A DNA stretch of 64,000 nt from the human T2T-CHM13v2.0 reference genome, Homo sapiens. The notes under the pieces are model-generated. The model worked only from the letters and a program-made list of their open reading frames with translations, ran no database searches and was not told the DNA's origin. Where the stretch lies: the NCBI RefSeq assembly GCF_009914755.1, contig NC_060947.1; one strand, given 5' to 3'. Positions 38,171 to 53,388 of the stretch are shown one piece after another (the first letter of the stretch is position 1; each line of letters opens with the position of its first letter). The translations under genes were made by a program, and so were the position numbers.

Positions 38171-38298
38171 AATAACTCTAAAGGTCAATGATAGTAACCC
38201 TATATACATTGAGCAATCAAGGAAAACCTAAACCCTGAGCCTTAATAACCCTGAAGCTTTCTCTAAGGTTTGCCTCACTGTTCTTATGAGAAAAGTAA

Positions 38299-38619
<321 letters not shown>

Positions 38620-40322
38620 CTGGTAGAGGCTTTAAGTTATCACCTGCCTTGATTTAATCCAGTGACGCGCACCTTTAAGAGACCAGGTGTTCCAATTCAA
38701 CCCATAGAGCTACAATCACTTTGAAAAGATAGTACTTCTGTGACTTAAAAAAAAAAAAAAAAAACTATTTGTAAAAACACTTCACTTACACTCGAAATAT
38801 AGTTTCCAGAACTAAATTTAGTTTTGGCACATATGCCATTGGCTGACTTCCTGCATTATATTTGCCTTTAAGGGCATGTTCACTTTCTAGTTCTCATGCA
38901 TTCAGAGGCTGCCACCAGTTGCGTTCACAGCCCTGCGGGGGCAGTGTTTAAATGACCTCCCATGTTTTCATTAATTCTTAAAAAATCTTACACAAACATT
39001 TCTGGTCATATTAGGTTTTGCAAACCTTTGCCCTCGTGCTTTTTTTCTTTTACAAAAACCTAAATTTGGTGCGTAGACTAATTTGACCTCATAATATATC
39101 ATCTTTTAAATAAATACAAGACTTGACAAGATCCAGAAACTGGTGCTGAAATGGAAGTCAGGATCCTCTCCAGTTTTCTGAGGCCAGGTCAACAGAGCTA
39201 TAATCATCCCAGATAACTCAAGGGGGAAATAAAACGCTCTATTTTAGGGAGAGAAAATAAACATTCAAGGAGAGTATCTATTTTTGGGAGGAATTGATGA
39301 CAGAGCTCTTGATGAGTGCTACCTGAATTCATCATCTGCCCAAATATTTTGTGTTATTTTTCTGGAGCCTACTTTGCCTTGGGTTGGTCCTGAGGTCATG
39401 ATTTCTTGGTCATAAACATACAAGAGAACTCAAATGATCAGTAATAAATAAATTAATTAAACATGACTCCAGGAGTCAAGGAACTACTCCTTACCTCAAC
39501 TAACCATGTTCCAATTTGGTTAAGTCTCTAAAAATTGCATCCCTTTAGCTTGCTAGTCTGATGGTGAGAACAGTGATAAAAGTCCACTAAAACATGTCAG
39601 GTATCTTTGTTCACTCCCTCATCCACAGTGAGCGAGTGCTATGTAAATATCAAATGCCCTAGTAGTATTTAACAGAATCAGTTCACTGTGGCTTTAAAAG
39701 AAAATAAATATGTGTCATCTGAAGCAATGCTAACACATATCACTTTCATTACTTGTTAGGCTTTGAAGGATAATTTGTAGAACACAATTTCCAAGCCATT
39801 ATTTTTACCTTATTATTTCCACAGAATCCACAAGGGGAATTAAACAGGATAGCTGGGTAGTCACATGACTAATTCTCATGGAAAAATAGCAGCTTTTAAA
39901 AGACTTTCCTGAGTATTGCAGCACTGTAGAGATGATAAAAGAATGCTTTTGAGAAGTGGGGCTGAACCAAGATTAATTAAGATACTGGTTCTTGGAACAT
40001 ATAAAGTTTAGCATATCAGTGGATACATCCTAAGGCTAGGTTGTATAAGGCTAGGCCCAATCACCTATGAGACTCAGAGATAAATTCATAGCTTTCAGGA
40101 AGATAATGATTTAGAATAAAGACTGAAAACTGAGAGGAACAGGGAAAGACTCAAGTCCACCAACCCAGATTGTTTCCTCTTTATCCAATTGGGCTTTAAC
40201 TAACAGAAACCAGGCAAGGGAGGGAAATCAAAAAGCGGTAAAGTCAGAAATTGAAGGCAGACAGGAGGCAAAGGGGCTTGCAGCGTCTCAGGAAGTGGGG
40301 AGAGGAATGCAATGGGAGATGA

Positions 40323-40828
<506 letters not shown>

Positions 40829-40919
40829 GAATTGTTTTCTTTCTGCAAGGGTCATCATCCAGAAAATAATACAAACAGCGAAAGTATATCCAAGAGGCAA
40901 AAGAGTAGGGGTGAGGAGC

Positions 40920-41115
40920 AGGGATGCTGGGATCAGAGCTGGGGTTGAATTCAGGCTCTGCTCCTTACCAGCTCTGTGCTTCTGTTTCTCCTGCTGTAAA
41001 ATGGGACAGTAGCAGTCTTTGCTCCTGGGTTATGATGAGCATTCAATGAGTTAATACTTGTAAAATGCTTAGAACTGTGCCTGACACACAATGAACACTG
41101 TCTGAGTGTTTGCTA
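40920..41115 (+). mobile_element. MIR
   Basis: GGGTTGAATTCAGGCTCTGC...CTGTAAAATGGG...TGTAAAATGCTTAGAACTGTGCCTGACACA. Confidence 0.78.
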
Positions 41116-41133
41116 AATTGATAAGGACAGTGA

Positions 41134-41538
<405 letters not shown>

Positions 41539-42539
41539 AGTTTCATTTCTTTCTTTCCAATTATTTCTGTTTATAAAGAGCAACTGCTTATAATATTCCA
41601 TTTATTTTTATAATTTTTACAATTTCTGAGTAAATTCTGTAATAGAAATTTAATCAAAAAATTTTTTTCTCTGAAATGAATTTGGTCTTCGGAAAGTTGA
41701 TTCATTCCATCAAGGCCACCCAATATTTGTTTTCCTGCATAGCATGTTTACAACAATGCATTGTAGGTGCTGAGGATTTTTTTCTCCATTATTAAACACA
41801 GGGCTTTCAAATAATCCATTTGTGATTTTATGGAAACTTTTCTAATGGATGGTGCTGCTTTTGAAGTTGCACACATTTATTCTGTGGAAAATATAAGTAA
41901 CACTTGGCAGGAAAAAGAGCAGAAAAATTCTCAAAAGTAAGCCAAAATATTTATATATTTGTCCACAAAAGATATGCACCAATGATCCTAGGATATATAG
42001 GAAAATAAGCTTTGCCCTCAACACTTAGACCTAAACCCCTTTCAACAATGACATAAAAGATGCCACAGGCTTTCCCTTTGTTATGGGGTGGCCACAAGAA
42101 TGTGAGTTGAGTGAGCTACTTAGTGTCCTCAGCACTATCTTTAGCTTCGAGTCTGGTGGTCCTTGTTGGAGCCAGACTTCTCTTGTTAACTCAAAACTGT
42201 TTTTACAGAATGTAAAATAGCTGTCTTACTATTCTTCATATTTTGGAAAAGATCATTTCAAGTTAATGTTAATCTTTGAGTTGATTCTGTTTCCTACACT
42301 ACTTTGCTTCTGTCTAGTTGCTCTGCATTCTTACAACTTCAATTTGGATACTCTGTAGATGATTTACATTTGATTGATTTTATTTCCCCAATAGTATTTT
42401 AATGCCAATTGTTTTCCCCAAAGAAAATATATTGAATGGAATACAAAATAATTTTATCATTACAATGAATTTTTACATATTTAACTCTAGGCTGCTGGGT
42501 TATTTAAAAGGAAAAATCAGAATAGATTTATCTTCTAAA

Positions 42540-43186
<647 letters not shown>

Positions 43187-43227
43187 CTGATAATCTCTAA
43201 TGTGTCCCAATTATTTTTGTGAACGTG

Positions 43228-43340
43228 CATATACATATATATACATACACACATACATATATACACATATATATATACATACATATATACATATACATAT
43301 ACATATATACATATATATGTATATACACACACGTATATAC
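43228..43340. repeat. (TA)/(CA) compound microsatellite
   Basis: CATATACATATATATACATACAC... alternating purine-pyrimidine tract. Confidence 0.9.
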
Positions 43341-44096
43341 AGCATAGATGTTATAAATATGTCCACCTAGCTTTCTTCTGTATATATTTCTAATGGTTTT
43401 CCATGTGTAATAACTTCTCTTCAGTGAATGATGCCAGGGGAATTAAACACAGGAACTTTAAAAATTCACCCTTGGCTCTCAACAAGAAGGATAAATATCA
43501 AGTGATCACGTCCAAAGGCCATAAGACATCAAAGCAGGTTTTGATGCTTTAGCATATTACTTTACAGAAAACATAAAGTCTGCTTGAAAAGCTGGTATAA
43601 ATACTGCCGAAGAAAGCAAGCTAAGGTGTGCCCACTAGCCAAATGCCCTTCCTCCTAAGGAAGGTATATTTTCCTACTGGGAGCTGGTGTATACCCATGT
43701 TTAAAAGTGTACTTTTCTCCAGGCAATTATATTCCTATCCTGTGCCTGTGGCCAAGAGTCTTCTACATGAAACCTAAGAAGCAAGTCACACAGGCCCTTG
43801 ACACCAAGCACCCTGGGAATGCTCTTCCAAGGACACGATGAACAGCCTTCCTTGGCTCCCAGGAGTGCACATGCATACAGATCAACACTAACATATTCCT
43901 TATAAAGCTCACCATTCTCTTTAACTTTTTATTTGTAGAATTCCTTCAAATATTCCAAGCTGCATGTTCAGGGTGCACGTGGATTGATTTGGACCCTCAG
44001 TTTTGACTGGACACGTGGACCCTTCTAACAGTCATCAGTGCATATACCAATAGTCGCACTCAAGGAACATAACTACTAATAAGAATTATAGATGTT

Positions 44097-44418
44097 GAGT
44101 GCACATGGACACAAAGAAGGAACAATAGATACAGGGGCCTACTTGAGGGTGGGAGGAGGGTGAGGATCAAAAAATTACCCATCGGGTACTATGCTTATTA
44201 CCTGGGTGACAAAATAATCTCTACACCAAACCCCCACAACACACAATTTACCCATGTCACAACCCTGCACATGTATCCCTGAACATAAAATAAAAGCTAG
44301 GAAGGAAAAGAAGAAACAGAAAACAAATAGCAAGATGGCAGATTTTAACCTTGCTTCATTAAATGTAATAGTATAAACATCTCCGATAAAAACATATGGA
44401 TTGTAAGACTAGGAAAAA
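44097..44418 (+). mobile_element. Short 5'-truncated L1PA/PB 3' end plus about 95 bp extra sequence inside the TSD
   Basis: CACATGGACACAAAGAAGG...GGGTACTATGCTTATTACCTGGGTGAC...CTGCACATGTATCCCTGAAC..AATAAAAG; TSD AATTATAGATGTT at 44084 and 44419. Confidence 0.88.
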
Positions 44419-46479
44419 AATTATAGATGTTAAATAGAACTGTTTTTCTTCCTACTGCTTGGTAGAAAGGTATAAGCAAATACTTTCCCTCTGCAACTAT
44501 TTGTTATCTAAATAATTCTAGAAAATAAAAATAGTATATCTATCTCACTTCTGGTACAATGAGAAAAGACATGAACTCCACAATGTTACTCCAAACGTTA
44601 CTCTGAGAGAAATCTCAAGTTCACAAGTGGGAAACAAAGCAGTAGCCCCAAAGGACTGGAGTGGAGTAAGGGCTCAACCTAGATAAAGGTGCTCAAGAAT
44701 TCCAGCCTAGTCCTGGAGGGGCATGGTTCATAAAATGGAATAGAGGAGGTAAGTCTGTTCTTCAGTCCAGAATTTACAAAATTTTCATCAGCACAGGGAG
44801 ACCTGCCTCCACTGGCAAAAGGAAAACTAAATTTCCTCCAGCTCTGAAGTGAATAATTTAAACCATTTTGAGGTTCAAACAAAACAAAACACAATATTTT
44901 CTTTTTTGTGGTTGCACAAAAACTTCAAACTGATTGGAGATTTGGGAGTGTTAATTAGGCACATTTCCCCATCTAAGTGAGAAAAAAAGCCTCAAAGAGG
45001 GAATGAGAAGTAAAATACCAAGAATACCCATTTGACATTAGTTTACAATATGGTGGCCCCAAAACAATACTCTAAAGCCATTTGCAAGACTTTCCACATC
45101 AGTCAGCACGTCAAGCAGCCAAACAACCAGGTTAGTTTAGAATAAAAGATTTTCAGAACCAGAAGTTATCTTGGACCTGGTATAACCCATCTCCTTCAGT
45201 TATTGAGGAAACTGGGGCCATGCAAAATATTACTTGGTGAAAGTTACCCCAAGCTGGGTTTAGTCTTTGCATCTTATATTCGGGTATAAATAGTCTGGTT
45301 ATTTTGTAACTGGAGTGCTTGAGTCTTCTGATCTGCTGGGTCCTTGAATATCCAAATAAACTAACTCGAGTCTAGTGTTTCTTTCACTTCACTATGTCCA
45401 GGCCTGCTCCAGTATTTTTAATGGGTTCTGGCTGCATCTGTGTCCTAGTGGTGGACATCTGTTGCTCCTCACCTGAACCACCCATCATCACCCATCCTCA
45501 GTTACTTCTCCAGGCTTCTTGCTACCTATGTTGTCAAACTACTTTGTCTAGGTTGGATGCACATAGGCTCCTCTCCTTCACTGTTAAGGTGCAACAAACA
45601 AAAGTGCCATACTATGCAACAAAGTCTACCAAAGGTTAAAAAAGGTGGAGAGTAAAATTGCTACATAGTTCCAGGAATCACTTAAAATTGGACATCAACA
45701 TCCTCTGGGTTTCCTCAGCTATAGCTTCTGGAGGAATATAGCTTATGGAGAAATCTCTTATCAACTCTTTCCTCAGGCTTCAGCCTCCCAATGTATTGCC
45801 TCTCTCCTCTTCCTTCAGTTCTAAGACTTCAACTTCATCTCTCCCATGGTGGAAAGCAGGTATCTCCATCTTCCTCAAACTCCTGATCTGCGACTAGGTC
45901 CAGAGATGTGACCTTTGCAGAGCACAAAGGCTCATGAAGTGTTTTCCTAAACCAAAGAGAAGTTATTTTCCTCAATTCTATCTCCTAGCATACATACACA
46001 ACTACCCTTCTAAACATCGCACTACTTTTTCTTGGGTCATGGCCATGTAAAACAAAATCAAAAGAGAACATCAAAATCTCAATCCAGAGGCCTTCTGCTC
46101 AACTTTCAAAGCCATTGTTGGTTTAGAAATTAATTGTGCTCCCTGGATACCTCTCCAACCCCTTACTTCTTTTGCATCTTCACTGCTATTGCCATGGACC
46201 AAGCATTCCCACCTCACTCTTTATTCTTGCCATAGCCTTCTAAATGTTTCTCCCTGATACCAGTCTCTTTCTCTTCCATTCACCTGGCCATTAAAGCTTT
46301 CTGTCAAAAATTCAACTTAATCATGACATACTGTCAGTTAAGTATCACAGGGACCCATCACCAGCTCTCAGAAGCACGTGTGGTCTTAACCAGTCACAAT
46401 CTAGCCCCAACTTGGCATTTCATCCTCACATCCTTCCATCCTCCTAATGGCATCTTCTCTTTTCATACCTTGGTATCCT

Positions 46480-46595
46480 ATTATTATTATTTTAGAGACA
46501 GGGTTTCACCCTGTTGCCCAAGCTGGGCTCAGACTCCTAGGCTCAAACAATCAGCCTCCAGAATAGCTGGGACTACAGACATGTGCCACTGGCTA
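46480..46595 (-). mobile_element. Alu monomer (FLAM/FRAM-like)
   Basis: AGAGACAGGGTTTCACCCTGTTGCCCAAGCTGG...; TSD TACCTTGGTATC. Confidence 0.8.
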
Positions 46596-49224
46596 CCTTG
46601 GTATCTTAAATAGGCCTTTTCCTCTTTTGGGGGTGTGACATATAACCTCCTTAAAAACCAAGGCCCAACTTAAACATCACTTCTATGAAATCTTCCCTCT
46701 TAGTTCTCATAACCTTCAGTGCATGTCATCATTTTTGCAGTTTCCACATTATGTTGTTAATGTGGATGTGTCTCCCCAAGTAGACTGCAAAGTAAAAAAG
46801 GAACACCAGCTTTAGCTCACCTGGATTTCCTAGTACTCAGCATTCTACTTTGAATATAGGCTTGATAAATTTTTATTTAATTAAATTCTATGGACTTAGG
46901 GCTGCTTAACCATATCAAGAAATAAAGCATGATGTTTAAGATGTTGTGTGAAGCATTTTAAGTTCATTTCAACTTAAATTTCTTCAAAATAATGGAGGAG
47001 AGAGTACCTTGATTTATTTCATTCGAAACTATGCCAAAAATGTTTGCTAGATAATATTGGGGAAATTGGCTCCATTTATGAAGAAAAATACTTTGGATCA
47101 CTATCCCAAATGATTGTGCAAAAGTAACCTCAAAATGAATTAAAAATCTAGAAATTAAAGTCATCCATCAAATTAGTAAAATGTAGTAAAAGTGTAAGAT
47201 GGAAAACAAAGCAGTAATCAGAAGTAATGAAATAAAGTATGTAAAGTTAGATAGATCTTTAAAATAAGGAAAATAGTAAGAAACAGAATGAGATCTAGAC
47301 TATAACAGTATTTATATAAATTAAAAATCAGAAATATGAAGATAAAAGCAACAATGAATGCTTTTTCAGGGGACTTTCTTATCGAAGATATATATTAACC
47401 ATGTTACAGTGTAAGCCTAAAGCAAGGTACAGAATGAGAGAGAAAATTAGTAAAGTAAAAAAAAAGAAAAGAGATTACCCAAACAGATGGTAATATCAGA
47501 CCTGGAATGAGAATTTTTCATGGGCACATTCAGATGTAAAGACATATATTGAACCTGTCAAGGTGGTATAGTATGAGAGGAAAATAAAAGGAAAAAATAA
47601 TGAAAATTTTAAATGGATATTGTAGGTGATGGTGTATCATGCCCTGAGGAATATAAGTAACTCAGTTGTGGATCTTAGGTTTAAATAATGAAATTAAAAG
47701 CCTAAACAAGGGGACATTCCAGATTGATTACTTAGAACAACGGGGTCAGGGTCTGTAGAGCAGCAGAGCGTCTGTCTTCATGGTATGATGTCTCTTCTGG
47801 CATCTGAGGATCCCTTGGGAAGGCAGTGATGGAGAACAGGCCAAGGGTCAGACAGAAAATCCTAATGCCTGCTCTGCCTAGGACTTGCTGTGGGGCCCAA
47901 CAGGCCACTCCACTCCCCTGGGCCTGGTTTCCTTATCAGAAAGTCACAGATAACAATCCTGACATGTCACCAGGGAGGGCTGCAAGGGGAGCAAGCAGAA
48001 GGGCCTGCACCTCAGAAATGAACCCTTTCCTTCCAAATATGAAATCCATTAAACAAAGCAGGGACTCCAGCTCCCAGATGGACACTGATGCCTGCCCCCC
48101 ATTGTTAGAAGCCTGCAGCCATTATGTGGGAATTAGGGAGGGAGAGAACAAAGGAAGAGAAATGGCCCACCTATTGAACCCACATAGCTGTTGTGTGGCA
48201 GCTTTTGTTTTTGGATCTGTTGCAGCTCACTTTTCCACGTGTGTTTGGGTGATCTTCCAGATTCTAGGGATATATGGTGAACATAACCTAGACCTTCTGA
48301 ATTACCGGACATTTCCCGACTCCCATTTCAACTCTAGAGAATGGGGTTGAGGAGGGTCATGTGAAATGTAGCCTGAGGCCTACATTTCAAGGGCCTGGAG
48401 ACAAGGTAGGCTCCATGCAGGAGAGTTGCCCTCAAAATTCCCTTTCTGCTTTGATTAATGAAAAACTGTTAACTGCTTTTGTGGGACTAAATGGAAGGTT
48501 CACCTGTTTCAACCATCTGCCAACATAAATAGGGAAAATCCTTATTATTTTATATGAAACAATGGATCTGGATTTATTAAATATTATTGCTATTTTGACA
48601 CAATTTGTAGTAAGTATGTCCTACAGTTTAGACTGAAGGCAAATATTTATAAAATGTGAAAAATTAATTTTTAAAAGAACTCTAAAATTACTTATATCCA
48701 AAGAGAACTATAATTGTTTTAATTAGCCATTAATAGTTCAACCCACTGTGTTAAAACCATGAACTCTTCCAGAAGTATTTACTTACACTAAAGTTTTATC
48801 TTGAGCTATTACTGATAATGTCTCATTCATTAGCTTTCTGCCTGGGAACTTTACACTATTTGCAAGCCACATCTTATTTAGCCATTATAACATGTGGCTA
48901 TATGTTGGGGACGTGGAAGTGACTAATGGAAAAAATCTTGAAGGAGAAAAGAACATTGCCTGTTGAAATTACTCATGGGACATGATCAATATGAGCTGGA
49001 CCTAGAACCCAAGCCTCAGAGTTGATCTTAGAAACCTGAATTGATCTTGTTGCTTTATGATACCAATTAGCCTGTCTATGCAGGACCAACAACAACAACG
49101 AAAGGTATATTTTTCTTGAAGCAAAAATTCCTGACTTTGAGCTAAATATTAAAAAGTGGTGTTCTCTGTATTGGCAGATGTAGGGACAAGTTGCAAATGG
49201 CTTGTTAATATTTTGTTGTAAAGT

Positions 49225-49225
<1 letters not shown>

Positions 49226-49265
<40 letters not shown>
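49226..49265. repeat. (GT)20 microsatellite
   Basis: Pure GT run of about 40 bp. Confidence 0.95.
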
Positions 49266-49267
<2 letters not shown>

Positions 49268-49827
49268 TATGATACAGCTCAACACTGTTCCCGTGGGGGA
49301 AAAAAAAGCAAGCAAGGGGCAAGGGGGGCTAGTTAGAGAATTAGAAAACAAAAGTAACTTTATCTTGGACCTATTCAGCGGCTTTTTGAAACTTGAGTCA
49401 TTGGTTTGTGGTTGTCCCATGGGAAAGGGCCAGGAAGTGATAAACACAATAAATGATGAAATCCAAATGGAAAAGCACTGTTCTTTGAGCTATTGGCTGC
49501 ATAAAGAGGAAGAGAGGATACAAATGTTTATCCTACCATTCCTTGCTTACTGTCAGCATAAGGAAATCTAAACCTCCAGTTTTCAGCCTACTCAGTTCAA
49601 CCCATTGACAAGATGTTACCCTAATCTGGGAAGACAATCATAGAAAGAATTCACAATAAAAATAGAAGGATTGATCATCTTATTGGTCTGTGGTGAATAT
49701 TTTATGATTATTAGAGGTGTGTGTAATTTCTTTAAATATCACTCAGATCCTAAATTTTAATTAATAAAATAAGGATAATAAACCTATTGTTATCTTTGTT
49801 TAATAGCTCATCAAAAATGTGCTTTTT

Positions 49828-51148
49828 AATCTCACATTGTATACAAAAATCAACTCAAAATGGATTTAAATGTGACACCTGAAACTATAAAACTACAATA
49901 AGAAAACAGAGGAAACGCTCCACAGCATTAGTCTGGGCAAAGATTTCTTGGATATGACTCCAAAAGCAGAAGGAACAAAAGCAAAAATAAACAAATGGGA
50001 TTGTGATTGCATCAAATCAAAAAGCTTCTGCATAACAAAGGAAACAACAGAGTGAAGAGACAACCCACAGACTGGGAGAAAATATTTGCAAACTACATAC
50101 CTGATAAGGGGTTAATATCCAAAATACCTAAGGAATTCAAAACAACTCAATAGCAAGAAGGCAAATAACCCAATCAAAAACTGGACAAAGTATCTAAATA
50201 GACATGGCTCAAAAGAAGACATACAAATGGCCAACAGATATATGGAAAATGTTCAACATCACTGATCATCAGGGAAATGCAAATTAAAACCACAATGATA
50301 TATCCTTACACTTGTTGGAATGGCCATTACCAAAATGATGAAAGATAAGTGTTGACAAGGGTGTGGAGAAAAAGAGAACCCTTGTGCACTGCTGGTGGAA
50401 ATGTAAATTAATACAGCTACTACAGAAAACTATGTGAAAGTTCCTCAGAAAAGTAAAAATAGAATGATCATATGATCTAATAATCTCACTTCTGGGTATA
50501 CATCCAAAGGAATTGAAATCAATATGTCAAAGGGATATCTACACTTTCATGTTTGTTGCAGCGCTATTCACAATAGCTATGATATGGAAGCAACCAAGGT
50601 GTACATCATCAGATGAATGGAAAAAGAAAATGTGGCATATATATGCAATAGAATACTATACAGCCTTTAAAAAATAGTTTAATCCTGTCATTCATGACAA
50701 CATGAACCTGGAAGACATTATGCTAAGTAAAATAAGCCAGGTGCAGAAAAACAAATACTGCATGATCTCACTTATACGTGGAATCTAAAAAAGTCATAGA
50801 AGTAGAGATGGTTATAAGAGTCTGGAGGATGGGGGATAAATGGGGAAAGAGGAGATGTTGATTAAAGGGTACGAAGTTTCAGTTAGAAGGAATAATCTTT
50901 AGTGATCTATTGCACATAATGGTGACTCTAATAAATAACAATGCATTGCATAGATCAAAATTGCCAAGAAAGTCGATTTTAAATATTTTCGCCATCAAAA
51001 AAATAAGTATGTGACATGATGGATCTGTTAATTAGCCTAATTTAACCATTCCAATACTGTAAGCATATATCAAAACATCACATTCTACCCCACAAATACA
51101 TACAATTATTATATGTCAGTTAAAAATAAAATTTAAAATATTAAAAAA
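49828..51148 (+). mobile_element. L1MA-like ORF2 end and 3'UTR
   Basis: ATACAAAAATCAACTCAAAATGGAT...GAAGACATACAAATGGCCAACAG...CAAAACATCACATT..CCCCACAAATACATACAATT; A-rich end. Confidence 0.92.
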
Positions 51149-51149
51149 T

Positions 51150-51265
51150 TGTTTTAAGAGATGAGGTTGGCCAGGCAAACTATGTTGCCCAGGCATACTC
51201 CTGGGCTCAAGTGATCCTACCACATCAGCCTCCTGAGTAGCTGGAACTACAGGCATGTGCCACCA
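51150..51265 (-). mobile_element. Alu monomer fragment (FLAM-like)
   Basis: TATGTTGCCCAGG..ACTCCTGGGCTCAAGTGATCC..CAGCCTCCTGAGTAGCTGG. Confidence 0.75.
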
Positions 51266-51996
51266 AAATTTAAAATGCTTGGCTCCAAAGTTTAAAATAC
51301 TTGGCTCCAAAATTTCAAACACTTTTCAAAATAAATATGCTCTTGAAAATAAGAACCATACTTTTCTTTAATATATGAGATATTATATGCAAGATATTAA
51401 ACATTGGTAAAATAGCTAGCATTTATTGAGCACCTATGAAGTATTAAGTCAATGGGTTTATTCATCTGTTACCTCAATCTAAGAAACATTAAATGAGCAA
51501 GGCAATTTGATTTCTTTTTAAAATCTGCCAGCTGAGTGAGGTCTCCAACATAACTGCCTACGGAAGTGGTGCCCCTCTTAGCCTTATGCTTTCATTGCTT
51601 AAAATATGTGAAAGCCCTTTAATCCAAAGAGTTTCCAATGCCAGTTGAGAAGGAAATAATGCTTGTTTCTTTATTTTAAATACATATTATTTTGGTTTAA
51701 AATACATGCTTTTCTCCTCTACTCATCTTCCTTATCAGGGTTGATTCAAGTGGTTTCTATCTGAGTCAAAAAATTAAATGTATTCTCAAAAGAATTATCA
51801 CTGTGGCACTAAGCATAATTTTGGAAGAGGGGTTCTGTAAGTTTAATGCCCCCAAGTCTTTGTTGAAGGGAATACTTGTCCTTCTTTTAGAGAAATAGGT
51901 TCTGGTGAGATTGCATAAAAAAAAAATATCAACCACGGTGCTTTACAGGATAGGTTTTTTACTCCCTACCTGCCCTCCTCACTCTCATTTGGGGTT

Positions 51997-52385
51997 TGTA
52001 TTGGTCCGTTCTCACAGTGCTATAAAGAACTACCTGAGACTGTTTGTTCATAAAGAAAAGAGGTTTAATTGACTCACAGTTGCACAGGCTGTACAGGAGG
52101 CATGGCTGGGATGGCCTCAGAAATCTTACAATCATGGCAGAAGGCCAAAGGGAAGCAAGCACGTCTTCACATGGTGGCAGAAGAGAGAGAGAGAAAGTGG
52201 AGGAAGTGCTACACACTTTTAAACAACCAGATCTCATGAGAACACAACTCACTATCACCAGAACAGCAAGGGGGAAATTCACTGCCATGATTTAATCACC
52301 TCCCACTTGGCTCCTCCTCCAACATGTGGGAATTACAATTTGACATGAGATTTGGGCAGTGGAGACACAAAGACAAACCATATGA
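51997..52385 (-). mobile_element. MaLR solo LTR (MSTA-like)
   Basis: TGTATTGGTCCGTTCTCAC..GCTATAAAGAACTACCTGAGACTG...CAAACCATATGA; 5-bp TSD GGGTT. Confidence 0.92.
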
Positions 52386-52852
52386 GGGTTCTTATTTTCC
52401 ATTTCACTGAGAACAGAAGACTTTGTCCTTATCATTTCAGCACTATACCTATGCTATACACTCTCCCTTCCAGTTTTTCCTTCTGGAAGAGCTATTCACA
52501 TTCCAATCCAGTGGTTCTCATTATCTTTTAAATCTCTGTGCATCTGTAGCTATCTGTCTTTATATTCCTAATAGTATTGATGTTTTCTTTTGTTTTCTCC
52601 TCTATTTTATGAGTTTTGTCAGTTGCTTGTCACTACTGTTAGTCTTTTAAAGTAAATAACTTGGCTTTTATTTTAATCTACTTTCTTATATCTTTTCATT
52701 TACGTTCTTAACTTTATTATTCTCATCCTTCTACATTGTTCAAGTGTATTCAGTATTTCTTTTCTGATGTCTTAATGTGGAAGTTTAATTTATTTTTACC
52801 CTTCTTTTCTAATATAAGCATTTGAGTCTATAAACTTCCTGTCAAATACCAC

Positions 52853-53220
52853 TGATACGGTTTGGCTGTGTCCCTACCCATATCTCATCTTGAATTGTAG
52901 CTCCTATAATCCCTACATGTCATGGGAGGGACCCAGTGGGAGATAATTGAATCATGGCGGCAGGTTTTCCCATGCTGTTCACATGATGGTGAATAAGTCT
53001 TATGAGATTTAATGGTTTTATAAATGGGAGTTCCCCTGTACATGCTCTCTCTCTTGCCTGTCGCCATATAAGACGCACCTTTGCTCCTCCTTCACCTTCT
53101 GCCATGACTGTGAGGCTTCCCCAGCCATGTGGAACTGTGAGTCCATTAAACCTCTTTTTCTTTATAAATTACCCAGTCTCACGTATGTCTTTATTAGCAG
53201 TGTAAGAACAGACTAATACA
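52853..53220 (+). mobile_element. THE1 (C/D-like) solo LTR
   Basis: TGATACGGTTTGGCTGTGTCCC...GAACAGACTAATACA; perfect 5-bp TSD ACCAC. Confidence 0.95.
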
Positions 53221-53257
53221 ACCACTTTAGTTGCACCCCCAAAATTTGATTGTAGCA

Positions 53258-53388
53258 TTTTTTATTTTTAGAGACAGGGTCTCACAATGTTGTTGCCCAA
53301 GCTGGCATCAAACTCCTAGACTCAAGTGATCTTCCTGCCTCAGCCTCCCAAGTAGCTGGGACTACAGGTGCATGCCACCCTGCCCAGC
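53258..53388 (-). mobile_element. Alu monomer (FLAM-like)
   Basis: AGAGACAGGGTCTCAC...CTCAAGTGATCTTCCTGCCTCAGCCTCCCAAGTAGCTGGG. Confidence 0.82.

Noticed and set aside
38905-38947. CTCF-like motif (CCCTGCGGGGGCAGTG)
   Set aside because: Several mismatches in the core consensus; cannot be supported without ChIP data.
47826-48350. 174-aa ORF outside the CpG island
   Set aside because: No recognisable domain, promoter or splice context, and it appears to overlap degenerate MIR-like sequence; probably chance.
51272-51320. Repeat-spacer-like pattern (AAAAT.CTTGGCTCCAAA twice) and similar short repeats elsewhere
   Set aside because: Two-copy tandem duplications in a eukaryotic genome; no CRISPR-like array or associated genes.
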